Shown in pieces: positions 54,343-62,636 of a DNA stretch of 64,000 nt. Every line of letters starts with the position of its first letter. Position 1 is the first letter of the stretch. The stretch is from an uncultured Solirubrobacterales bacterium (GTDB lineage: Bacteria; Actinomycetota; Thermoleophilia; Solirubrobacterales; Solirubrobacteraceae). The notes beneath the pieces were generated by a model. The model saw nothing but the letters and a program-made list of their open reading frames with translations, was not told the DNA's origin and ran no database searches. Location: NCBI GenBank assembly GCA_963831945.1, contig CAWHSC010000003.1:1694519-1758518 (forward strand), read 5' to 3'. Position numbers and translations under genes: made by a program.

Positions 54343-54609
54343 ATGCGAACCGTCACGCACCGCGAGATGCGAAACCAGAGCGGTGACATCCTGCGTAAGG
54401 TCGCCGACGGGGAGACGATCCAGGTCACCAATCATGGCCACGTTACGGCGCTGATCGTTCCCCCGGGCACCGATACGCTCGCGGACCTCGTATCGCGAGG
54501 GCAGGTGCGAGTGGCGCGACAGCCGCCCTCTAGCTTGCGATCGGTCGTCCGACGCAAGAGCACCGCCTCAAGCCAGGCGATCGTGGCCGACGTCCGCGGT
54601 CGCTGGTGA
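54343..54609 (+). CDS. vapB: Phd/YefM-family antitoxin
   Basis: MRTVTHREMRNQSGDILRKVADGETIQVTNHG. Confidence 0.9.
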   Translation: MRTVTHREMRNQSGDILRKVADGETIQVTNHGHVTALIVPPGTDTLADLVSRGQVRVARQPPSSLRSVVRRKSTASSQAIVADVRGRW

Positions 54610-55010
54610 CGATCGCCTACCTGGACACCTCAGCCGCCATGAAGCTCGTCCTCGACGAGCCGCAATCCGACGCGCTGACCGCGGAGCTGGCCGCGCGGGA
54701 CGATCGGCGGCTCGTCTCGGCATGGTTGCTGCACACTGAGATGCACTGCGCCGCAGGGCGCCACCCTCAAGACGTCGACCTCGACGCGGTGCGGGCCGTG
54801 CTCGATTCCGTGAACCTAATCGACCTCACACGTGGGGACCTGCTCGCAGCCGGAACTCACGTACCGCTGCGATCCAACGACGCGATCCATCTCGCCGTCG
54901 CACTCAGGGTCGGTGCGGATGAGATCGTCACCTACGACGGGGAGCTTGTTGAGCGGGCGAGCGTGGCCGGCTTGTCCGTGCTGTCGCCGGGCACCGCCTC
55001 GCACCAATGA
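54606..55010 (+). CDS. vapC: PIN-domain toxin
   Basis: YLDTSAAMKL, TE, LRSNDAIHLA, VTYD. Confidence 0.92.
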   Translation: MTIAYLDTSAAMKLVLDEPQSDALTAELAARDDRRLVSAWLLHTEMHCAAGRHPQDVDLDAVRAVLDSVNLIDLTRGDLLAAGTHVPLRSNDAIHLAVALRVGADEIVTYDGELVERASVAGLSVLSPGTASHQ

Positions 55011-55107
55011 CGACCTGGTCCAACGCGCGCCGACCCGAAGAGCACCGCCAGACGACGTTGCGGGTGGTCACGGATCAAGATTTCCGGCTTGTATGCTTTG
55101 ACGCGCA

Positions 55108-57303
55108 GTGACGCTCAGGCCGATCACCGACGGTGAGCAGCTCGGGCTCATGCGAGGCTCGGCGGTGGTCTGCATACCCGTCATAGTCGCGGACGCGCGG
55201 GCGCTCGCCACCATATGGAGCGTCGTGGAGCACTCCAGCGCATCGACTCCGGTGATCCTCGCGGGACCTCCGGCCGCTGTGCAGCAGATAGCGGAAGAGC
55301 CGGCCGTCGAGGCGGAAGGGGGGATGCTGTTGGGCCTGGCTGTCGACTGCGAGACAGACGTGGCGGCACTCAACACCGCGGTGAAGACAAGCTTCCCTGG
55401 CGACGTGGTTGTGGTGGCGCCGGGGATGCGGGTCACCGCCGGCTGGTTCGAGGGCCTCCGGGCCGCGGCCACAAGCGACTCGACCGTCGCGAGCGCTACC
55501 CCGCTGTCATTGGGCGCCGGCGCGACAGAAGACTTGGACGAGGCCGCGTGCCGTGTCCGCGAGCGCGCCCTGAGGCTATATCCCCGTACCGCCACGATCG
55601 GCCCCGGCTGCGCCTACATCCGCCGATCGGCGCTCGAGCTGGCGGGCCCGCTCGATGACTCCCTCGCGCTGGATGGGGCGCTCGCGCGCTTTGCGCTGCG
55701 GGCGCTCGCTCTCGGCATGGTCCACGTGGCAGCGGACGACGTGCTGGTCGAAGGCCCCCCCGACGGGAGTGGAGCGCCTGGTGAGCCGCGCGTATCCCCT
55801 GGGCAGACCGATGACCCCGTGCAGGAGACGATCGCGGGTGACGAGCACGGGCCGCTGCATCGCGCGCTGAACCGTGCGCGCGGGGCATTGGGCGCTCTCT
55901 CGATCACGATCGACGGGCGCGCCCTCGTCTCGGCGGTGGGTGGCACCCAGACCTACATCATCGAGCTGGTCCTGGCATTGGCGCGCCAGCCGGCGGTGAC
56001 CGTGCGGGTGCTCGTCCCGCCGGATCTCTCCGATCGAGCCGCCGACGCCTTCAACGCCGCCGGCGACATCGAACTGCTCCCCTACGAGCAGGCGATCGAT
56101 GGCGCCCCGCTCACCGACGTGATTCACCGCCCGCAGCAGGTGTTCACCCCCGACGACCTCGGACTGCTGAGATTGGTCGGCGAGCGGGTGATCATCGGAC
56201 AGCAGGATCTGATTGGCTACCACAATCCTTCTTATCACACCGATATCGATTCCTGGCGCGGCTACCGGCGCACCACGCGCCTCGCGCTCGCCGGAGCCGA
56301 CCAGGTGGTCTTCTTCTCCAATCACGCCCGGAGTGACGCGCTCGCCGAGGACCTCCTGCCCGCGGGCCGCACGCACGTGGTAGGCATCGCCCCAGAAGCT
56401 CTGGAGCACGCGAGCGTGCCCGACAGGCCGCCCGCTGGCCTATCGGCAGACGGCCCCTTCCTCCTCTGCCTGGGCGCGGACTACGCCCACAAGAACCGCC
56501 CCTTCGCGATCGAGCTGCTCGGCGCCCTGCACGATCTGGGCTGGCACGGGCGATTGGTGCTGGCCGGAACCCACATGCCCCACGGATCTTCGCGCGAGCA
56601 CGAGCGGGACCTCCTGAGCGGGAGCCCGGACCTAGCCGGGTCAGTCATCGACCTCGGGCCGGTCGACGAGCCATGCAGGCGATGGCTATATACGCACGCC
56701 AGCGCGCTGATCTACCCCACGACCTACGAGGGCTTCGGCCTGCTCCCGTTCGAGGCCGCCCAATCGGGCCTACCATGCCTATTCGCCGCGCAGGCCTCCC
56801 TCGCCGAGCTGGCCGGCGACGCCGCAACCATCATCCCATGGGACGCCCACGCCAGCGCCACCGCGGTCCTGCCGCTATTGAGCGACGGCCCAGCGCGCGA
56901 CCATCACCTATCGCAGCTGCGCGCCCTACCGATCCCCAGCGCGGATAATGTCGCCCAGCAATTGATCGCCGTCTACGAACAGGCGCTCTCCGACCCGCCC
57001 TCCGAGGCCTCCCCCCGCATCTGGCAGGAGCTCGATCGCGAGCGTTACATCGTCAGGCTAGACCGCGATATCGACGATCTCAAGCGTACTGCGCAGGAGT
57101 ACCAGGACGCCTACCACGCCCTGGAGGACCGTGTCAGAATCGGCCTGCCACTGATCGACAATGGCGGACTGCTCACCCCCGCCCAGCAGCGCGGCCTGAT
57201 GCGCGTCGCCTCCCGGCGCGGGCTCGGCTCCGCGGTGCTCGCGCCCCTGGGTCTGTTGGGGCGCCTTGGGGACGACAGCGGGAGGGACCCTCATGGCGTC
57301 TGA
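55108..57303 (+). CDS. GT2-like plus GT4 bifunctional glycosyltransferase
   Basis: Degenerate GT2 N-terminus; HKNR, YEGFGLLPFEA. Confidence 0.88.
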   Translation: MTLRPITDGEQLGLMRGSAVVCIPVIVADARALATIWSVVEHSSASTPVILAGPPAAVQQIAEEPAVEAEGGMLLGLAVDCETDVAALNTAVKTSFPGDVVVVAPGMRVTAGWFEGLRAAATSDSTVASATPLSLGAGATEDLDEAACRVRERALRLYPRTATIGPGCAYIRRSALELAGPLDDSLALDGALARFALRALALGMVHVAADDVLVEGPPDGSGAPGEPRVSPGQTDDPVQETIAGDEHGPLHRALNRARGALGALSITIDGRALVSAVGGTQTYIIELVLALARQPAVTVRVLVPPDLSDRAADAFNAAGDIELLPYEQAIDGAPLTDVIHRPQQVFTPDDLGLLRLVGERVIIGQQDLIGYHNPSYHTDIDSWRGYRRTTRLALAGADQVVFFSNHARSDALAEDLLPAGRTHVVGIAPEALEHASVPDRPPAGLSADGPFLLCLGADYAHKNRPFAIELLGALHDLGWHGRLVLAGTHMPHGSSREHERDLLSGSPDLAGSVIDLGPVDEPCRRWLYTHASALIYPTTYEGFGLLPFEAAQSGLPCLFAAQASLAELAGDAATIIPWDAHASATAVLPLLSDGPARDHHLSQLRALPIPSADNVAQQLIAVYEQALSDPPSEASPRIWQELDRERYIVRLDRDIDDLKRTAQEYQDAYHALEDRVRIGLPLIDNGGLLTPAQQRGLMRVASRRGLGSAVLAPLGLLGRLGDDSGRDPHGV

Positions 57304-57316
57304 CGTCTCCACTCGC

Positions 57317-57403
57317 CCGTCGTGGGCGCGCGTGGGCTTCTACGCCGAGCGCGCGTTCTAATCGTCGAAGTCGGAGAGATCGACCTCTGCCGGTGCTGCT
57401 GAC
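57317..57403. repeat. 87-bp remnant nearly identical to 59725-59811
   Basis: One mismatch; contains the convergent stop codons of the 59143/60377 gene pair. Confidence 0.92.
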
Positions 57404-57455
57404 GTGAGGGTCCCGGGGTGAGGTGTCCCGGCGCGCACATGCACGAACTCTTGGA

Positions 57456-58700
57456 TCACCTCCGCGGTGCGACTCGGTCTTCCTCGGGGCTTTGGTGGCA
57501 GCGGCGCATGAAGTCGCCGAACATCGGTGCGGTGTAGGCGTAGACGCCGTGGTCGTCGCGGTAGATGAGGTTGCCGTCGATCAATCGTATGAGACTCTGT
57601 GCGAGCGCGCCGGTCGAGCGACTGGTGGCGGCGTCGAGGTCTGCCTTCGTGAAGCGCTCGCCGCCCAATGACGCGGCGACTCGCAGGGTGCCCTGGTCGG
57701 CCTGGCGGGCGTCGCGGTAGCGTGGCTCAAAGAACTCCTCGTCGAGGCTGTGCTGGATGGCGCGGTGCTCGCGCGTGTAGAGCTCGGAGGTGATCGTCGT
57801 CGCGTCCTGGAGGTCGGCGGCGTCCCAGAGGGCCTCACCAAACCACTGAAGGAAGTACGGGTAGCCGTCGACGTCGCGCGCGATCCGCTCGGCTGCCCCG
57901 GGTGCGTAGGCAATGTCGCCGGCGGGACGCACAAGCGCCTGCGCAGCCGCGCTGAGCTCCTCGGGCGGCTGGGGCTCGAGCGGGAGGTTGCCGATCTCCT
58001 CGGCGCGGAACAGACGCTCGGCGTTACTGCGGGCCGCGTGGATGTTGCGAGTCAGCGGCGGCAGACCGCAGAGGACCAGCATCACGGGCGAGGGGTGCTC
58101 GTCGTCGTCCTGGACAGCCACGAGCGCGGAGAGCAACGCTCCCAGGGGGAACTGGCGCTTGGCGTGCCGGTCGTAGACGCTGTGAGCCTCGTCGAACAGT
58201 AGCGCCACCCCGCGGCCCTGCGCGTGGGCGATCTCCCCGATCTGTGCAAGCGCCACCCGCAGCCTGTCCTCCAGCAAGGAGGAGACGGACTGCTCGGCCC
58301 CGGCTCGCAGCGAGACCGTCACACCCTCGGCGAGCTGCACCTGGATCTGGCCGATCGCCTTCGTCGCGGCGGCGACTCGGCTCTTGATCTTCGCCTTGAT
58401 GCTGAGCGCCTCGAGGGCCTCCTGCAGATAGCCCGCGATGGCGGTCGCGAAGTCGGCCTCCTCGCAGAGCCGAGTGCTCCAGTCCCGGCGGACCACGACC
58501 CACTCCTGGCGCCTGGCGATCCGCTCGTACTCCTTGAGCAGCACCGTCTTGCCGACCCCGCGCAGCCCGGTGACACGCAGATTACGCCGCTTCTCCGGGT
58601 AGTCCTCGAGTATCCGCTGGAACCTATGGATCTGCTGCTCGCGACCCGCCAGGTAGGGAGGGCGCGTGCCGACGCCAGGGCGGTAGGGATTCTTCGCCAT
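57456..58700 (-). CDS. AAA+/STAND-like ATPase with C-terminal winged helix
   Basis: NPYRPG..PPYLAGR, GLRGVGKT (Walker A), LLFDEAH (Walker B), GYPYFLQ. Confidence 0.9.
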   Translation of the reverse strand: MAKNPYRPGVGTRPPYLAGREQQIHRFQRILEDYPEKRRNLRVTGLRGVGKTVLLKEYERIARRQEWVVVRRDWSTRLCEEADFATAIAGYLQEALEALSIKAKIKSRVAAATKAIGQIQVQLAEGVTVSLRAGAEQSVSSLLEDRLRVALAQIGEIAHAQGRGVALLFDEAHSVYDRHAKRQFPLGALLSALVAVQDDDEHPSPVMLVLCGLPPLTRNIHAARSNAERLFRAEEIGNLPLEPQPPEELSAAAQALVRPAGDIAYAPGAAERIARDVDGYPYFLQWFGEALWDAADLQDATTITSELYTREHRAIQHSLDEEFFEPRYRDARQADQGTLRVAASLGGERFTKADLDAATSRSTGALAQSLIRLIDGNLIYRDDHGVYAYTAPMFGDFMRRCHQSPEEDRVAPRR

Positions 58701-58809
58701 CACAGAAAGTTATCAGACCTCACAGATTCTTGTAATGTTTTGTCATCTTCAGTGAACTTCCACGTGGTAGGAGACGAGCTCGCGGCCTTCGTGTCGCGGC
58801 GCGCTCGAC

Positions 58810-58837
58810 ACCGCTCGCCGTCTACGTCAAGCGGCTG
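58810..58837. repeat. 28-bp imperfect palindrome, identical copy at 60411-60438
   Basis: ACCGCTCGCCGTCTACGTCAAGCGGCTG; arms CCGCTCGCCGT / ACGTCAAGCGG pair 9/11. Confidence 0.9.
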
Positions 58838-58838
58838 G

Positions 58839-59112
58839 GCGGGAGCCCGGACCTAGCCGGATCGGTCCTCGACCTGGGGCCGGTCGACGAGCCATGCAGG
58901 CGATGGCTATATACGCACGCCAGCGCGCTGATCTACCCCACGACCTACGAGGGCTTCGGCCTGCTCCCGTTCGAGGCCGCCCAATCGGGCCTGCCATGCC
59001 TATTCGCCGCCCGGCGACCATTCGGCGCGATGATGCTCGCGCCCCTGGGTCTGTTGGGCCGCCTTGGGGACGACAGCGGGAGGGACCCTCATAGCGTCTG
59101 ACGTCTCCACTC
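58839..59112 (+). pseudogene. Deleted duplicate of the GT at 55108-57303 (internal piece plus 3' end)
   Basis: 58839-59010 matches 56618-56790; 59034-59112 matches 57236-57314. Confidence 0.92.
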
Positions 59113-59142
59113 CGCTCAAGGGGAGGGTTCGCGCGCGGTAGC

Positions 59143-59769
59143 GTGGCGCCCGTGTCGACGCTTCCCTTCCGCTTCCCGCAGATCGACGGAGACATGGGCG
59201 TCCGCGTGGAGGCTCGGCTCGGTCGCAGTGTGGGTCGCAGACCGCTTTGGCTGCGTACGTGCGCGGACAAGCCGGTGCGTCTTTTGCCGGACGACTGGCC
59301 TGCGGGGCTGACTGAGAGCGTCGAGCGTCGTTACGAGGCTCATAACGGCTTTGACAAGGGACGCGTGCTGTTCGTATGGACCACCGGGCCAGAGGAGGTC
59401 GAGTTGCCGATCGCTTGCTGTTGCTGGCACGTCCATCGTGGCAACTGGCCGCTGTGCGTGCTGGACGCGGGCTGGTCTCGCTCGTTGAAGGATGCCGCCG
59501 GGGTTGTTCTCGTTGAGCAGGCGTTGTTCGGGGCGTTACGCCAGCTGGCCGGCGATGCGCACCTACGCGATACGCATGTACCGCGCCCGTCTGAGCGCAT
59601 CGGGTGGCGCGTGAATCATGAGGAGGGTGCAGGTAGTCTGCAGGCTCGCAGGGCGTGGGCACGAACGATAGCCACGCGCGCTCAGCGGGACTTCCGTTTC
59701 GTCAGGCTGGAGAAGTCCCAGCGTCCGTCGTGGGCGCGCGTGGGCTTCTACGCCGAGCGCGCGTTCTAA
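59143..59769 (+). CDS. Hypothetical protein (possibly GNAT-like fold)
   Basis: 208-aa ORF whose stop overlaps the convergent gene; no firm motif. Confidence 0.55.
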   Translation: MAPVSTLPFRFPQIDGDMGVRVEARLGRSVGRRPLWLRTCADKPVRLLPDDWPAGLTESVERRYEAHNGFDKGRVLFVWTTGPEEVELPIACCCWHVHRGNWPLCVLDAGWSRSLKDAAGVVLVEQALFGALRQLAGDAHLRDTHVPRPSERIGWRVNHEEGAGSLQARRAWARTIATRAQRDFRFVRLEKSQRPSWARVGFYAERAF

Positions 59770-60377
59770 TCGTCGAAGTCGGAGAGATCGATCTCTGCCG
59801 GTGCTGCTGACCTGGGTGCGGTCAAGCCCAGGCGGTCGAGTGCTTGGGTTAGCTCCTTGGGGGAGAGATCGACGTTCTCACGCGCGGGGGTCCGCGGTGC
59901 GATCAGGTGCATACCGCCAAGCAGGCGTTCCACGCCGTCGTCTCCCAGCCTTTGGACGATAGTGGCGGGAGCCAGGCCGTCGATCGCGTCATTCGCCGAG
60001 ATCATCCACGCGCCGACTCGATTGATGTCGTCGTGGACCCACTCGTCGGCCGCCCGCGCAAGCATCAGGAGTTGCCGCACGCGCTCGCTGTACCGCCTGC
60101 GTGGCCGCGCGGGACCGTCTCCCTCCCATACACGCATCGTGGGAGGACCCCATCCCAGCGCGCGGCGCAACTGCGGACGATCCCGAAAATAGTCCGACAG
60201 CGCGTCGAAGTTGGCCTTGGCACGAGCTGCCTCGGCGCTCGCCACGCGAGCAGGCATCGCTGTGCTCGCTGAGCGCGCGGGTCCTGCCTGCACACGCCTC
60301 CGGGGTTTCGTCCCACTGGCTACGCCTCCTCGCCGCTCTGCCTGCCGGCGCTTATGGGTGGTCTCTACACTTGCCAT
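59766..60377 (-). CDS. HTH plus Xre/MbcA/ParS C-terminal antitoxin-like protein
   Basis: LRRALGWGPPTMRVWE (HTH) and GAWMISANDAIDGLAPAT (W..N..L.G..P pattern). Confidence 0.65.
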   Translation of the reverse strand: MASVETTHKRRQAERRGGVASGTKPRRRVQAGPARSASTAMPARVASAEAARAKANFDALSDYFRDRPQLRRALGWGPPTMRVWEGDGPARPRRRYSERVRQLLMLARAADEWVHDDINRVGAWMISANDAIDGLAPATIVQRLGDDGVERLLGGMHLIAPRTPARENVDLSPKELTQALDRLGLTAPRSAAPAEIDLSDFDD

Positions 60378-60540
60378 TAGATAAGGAAGTGTAGCACAAT
60401 ACCCTCGCAGACCGCTCGCCGTCTACGTCAAGCGGCTGAGCCCCAGGCGTCTTGCTCGGCCTCCAGCCTTCCGACGCAACCCTGCCCGCCCCCGGTGGAC
60501 GTTCAGGTCGCGCCTCAGCCTAGCCAGGAGACCCCTCGGG

Positions 60541-60908
60541 ACGGATCGAGACTAGGATTCGCCGATCCGGCTTCTGAGTGCTACCACAATCCTCTTATCA
60601 CACCGATGTCGATTCCTGGCGCGGCTACCGGCGCACCACGCGCCTCGCGCTCGCTGGGGCCGACCAGGTGGTCTTCTTCTCCAATCGCGCCCGGGATGAC
60701 GCGCTCGCCGAGGACCTTCTGCCCGCGGGCCGCACGCACGTGGTAGGCATCGCCTCGGGGACCATGGAGCCCGCTCAGCAGCGCGGCCTGACGCGTATTG
60801 CCGCGCGGCACGGGCTCGGCTCCGCGGTGCTTGCGCCATTTGGTGTGCTCGGGCGCCTGGGGGACATCGGCGGGAAGGGCCATCATGGCGTCTGACGTCT
60901 CCACTCCA
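60541..60908 (+). pseudogene. Mosaic remnant: sulfotransferase 3' junction, internal GT piece, and GT 3' end
   Basis: 60541-60577 resembles 45691-45727; 60581-60753 matches 56217-56392; 60769-60908 resembles 57177-57314. Confidence 0.85.
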
Positions 60909-62636
60909 CCGGTCGCAGTGAGTCGTTCTGCCGGTTCCCCGGTTGCACCTCAACGATCATCGAGGCGCAGCATCGCGGCGATACCGACGTGGTCGCGTGC
61001 GCTGGCTTTCTACCTGATCATGGGCCTACTCACGATCGGTTGGCACGCTTTGAGTCATCCCACGACTGTATGCGCATGTCTGGGTACCGGCGACTCGGCC
61101 GCGTACATGTGGGGACTGTCGTGGTGGCCTCACGCGATCGCCCACGGACTGAACCCGTTCGTCACCCACTACCTGTGGTCTCCGACGGGTGTAAACGTGG
61201 CGCAGGCTGCCATGATACCCACCGCAGCGATCGCGATGGCGCCGGTCACCGCCCTGGCCGGTTCGTTCGTCTCGTACAATATCCTCTCGATCGCGAGCCC
61301 CGTGCTCTCCGCGTTGACGGCGTATCTGCTCTGCCGGCGTCTGGTGCATCGGGAGCTGCCGGCTGTGGCCGGGGGTTATCTTTTCGGCTTCAGCTCCTAC
61401 GAGTTCGTGCAGCTGACCGGGCACTTGAACCTGACCCTCGTCTTTTTGATCCCTGTAATGGTGCATATCGTCCTGCGGCGTGTCGATCGAGAGATATCAC
61501 GACGTGCTTATCTGATCGGGATGGCGCTGCTGCTGGTTCTGCAGGCCGGCCTCTCCACTGAACTACTCGCAGTGTCCATTGGATTTGGTGCAGTGCTGCT
61601 CGTCTCGGCGCGGTGTCTCGCGCCGCCGCCCCAGCGTTGGCGTATCAGTGGGTTGATCGGCGAGACGATTGCCGCGGGCATACTGGCACTGGTGCTTGGC
61701 GCACCATTTTTCTACTACGCCATTTTGAGTGGAGGCTTGCAGTCATTCAATGCCGCTTATTGGGATATTTTTGGACTCGACTTCCTCAATCTCTTCTTCC
61801 CCACCGCAACGACCTGGTTGGGCCATTATGACTTCCAGTCCCTGGGCGGCTCCTATGAGATAGGCAGCATAATGGAGGCCGACGGATATCTGGGTACCTT
61901 GCTGATAGCGGCGTTCATGCTGTGGGTGTTTAGAGCGAAGCGAGAGTCCCCGGTGCTTGTACGGTTGCTCCTGATCGCTGCGAGCCTGGGCCTCGTGGTG
62001 ACACTGGGCGCACACCTGCACATCGCCGGTCACCAAACCGTGACACTGCCGTTCGCGTGGATAGACCATCTGCCAGTGCTTGCAAACCTAGTTCCGTCCC
62101 GCATGGCGCTGTTCACGACGCTGGCAATATCGATCGGCGTAGCCGCATGGCTGGCGATGACCACCGGACGTGTGATCGGTCGCTGGCTCGTGGTGCTGTT
62201 GGCCGCCGTGATGATCTTCCCAAACGTTACGAGGTCCATATACGGTGTGTCTCCACCCAATCCGCGCTTCTTCTCCTCAGCAACGTACCGGCGCTACCTG
62301 AGGCGCGGTGAGACCGTGCTGATCCTGCCCTTCGGCGCTGGCGACCAGTCTACATTCTGGCAGGCCGAGACGGGCTTCTACTTCTACATGCCCGGCGGCT
62401 ACGTGTCTAACTTCGTTCCTCCCTCCTTTAACTCTCCCGTCGTGGATCAATTGATACACAATAACCTGCCCTCTATTCCCGAACTGGGGTCCTTTATCCG
62501 TCAGCACTCTGTCAGTCATGTGGTCGTGGACCTGGCTCGAGCGGGTTCCTGGCCAGGGGTCATGGCGCAGCTCGGCTTCCACGGGCAAGCGGTCGGAGGA
62601 GTGCTGCTCTACGCCGTTCCCGACGCTCCGGCATGA
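60885..62636 (+). CDS. Polytopic membrane protein, probable GT-C glycosyltransferase
   Basis: GD...WGLSWWPHAI..GLNPF, GGYLFGFSSY, GHLNL, PSR, MPGGY. Confidence 0.8.
   Translation: MASDVSTPPVAVSRSAGSPVAPQRSSRRSIAAIPTWSRALAFYLIMGLLTIGWHALSHPTTVCACLGTGDSAAYMWGLSWWPHAIAHGLNPFVTHYLWSPTGVNVAQAAMIPTAAIAMAPVTALAGSFVSYNILSIASPVLSALTAYLLCRRLVHRELPAVAGGYLFGFSSYEFVQLTGHLNLTLVFLIPVMVHIVLRRVDREISRRAYLIGMALLLVLQAGLSTELLAVSIGFGAVLLVSARCLAPPPQRWRISGLIGETIAAGILALVLGAPFFYYAILSGGLQSFNAAYWDIFGLDFLNLFFPTATTWLGHYDFQSLGGSYEIGSIMEADGYLGTLLIAAFMLWVFRAKRESPVLVRLLLIAASLGLVVTLGAHLHIAGHQTVTLPFAWIDHLPVLANLVPSRMALFTTLAISIGVAAWLAMTTGRVIGRWLVVLLAAVMIFPNVTRSIYGVSPPNPRFFSSATYRRYLRRGETVLILPFGAGDQSTFWQAETGFYFYMPGGYVSNFVPPSFNSPVVDQLIHNNLPSIPELGSFIRQHSVSHVVVDLARAGSWPGVMAQLGFHGQAVGGVLLYAVPDAPA

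Noticed and set aside
58810-58837. Xer dif/pdif site
   Set aside because: CTACGTCAAGC resembles an actinobacterial XerD arm, but there is no XerC-like arm at 6-bp spacing
56618-59010. DGR template/variable repeat pair
   Set aside because: Mismatches are not restricted to adenines and there is no reverse transcriptase in the window
52265-60908. Classical integron cassette array
   Set aside because: No intI-like gene nearby and no attC GTTRRRY/RYYYAAC boundaries seen; the flanking repeats differ per cassette and derive from host gene junctions
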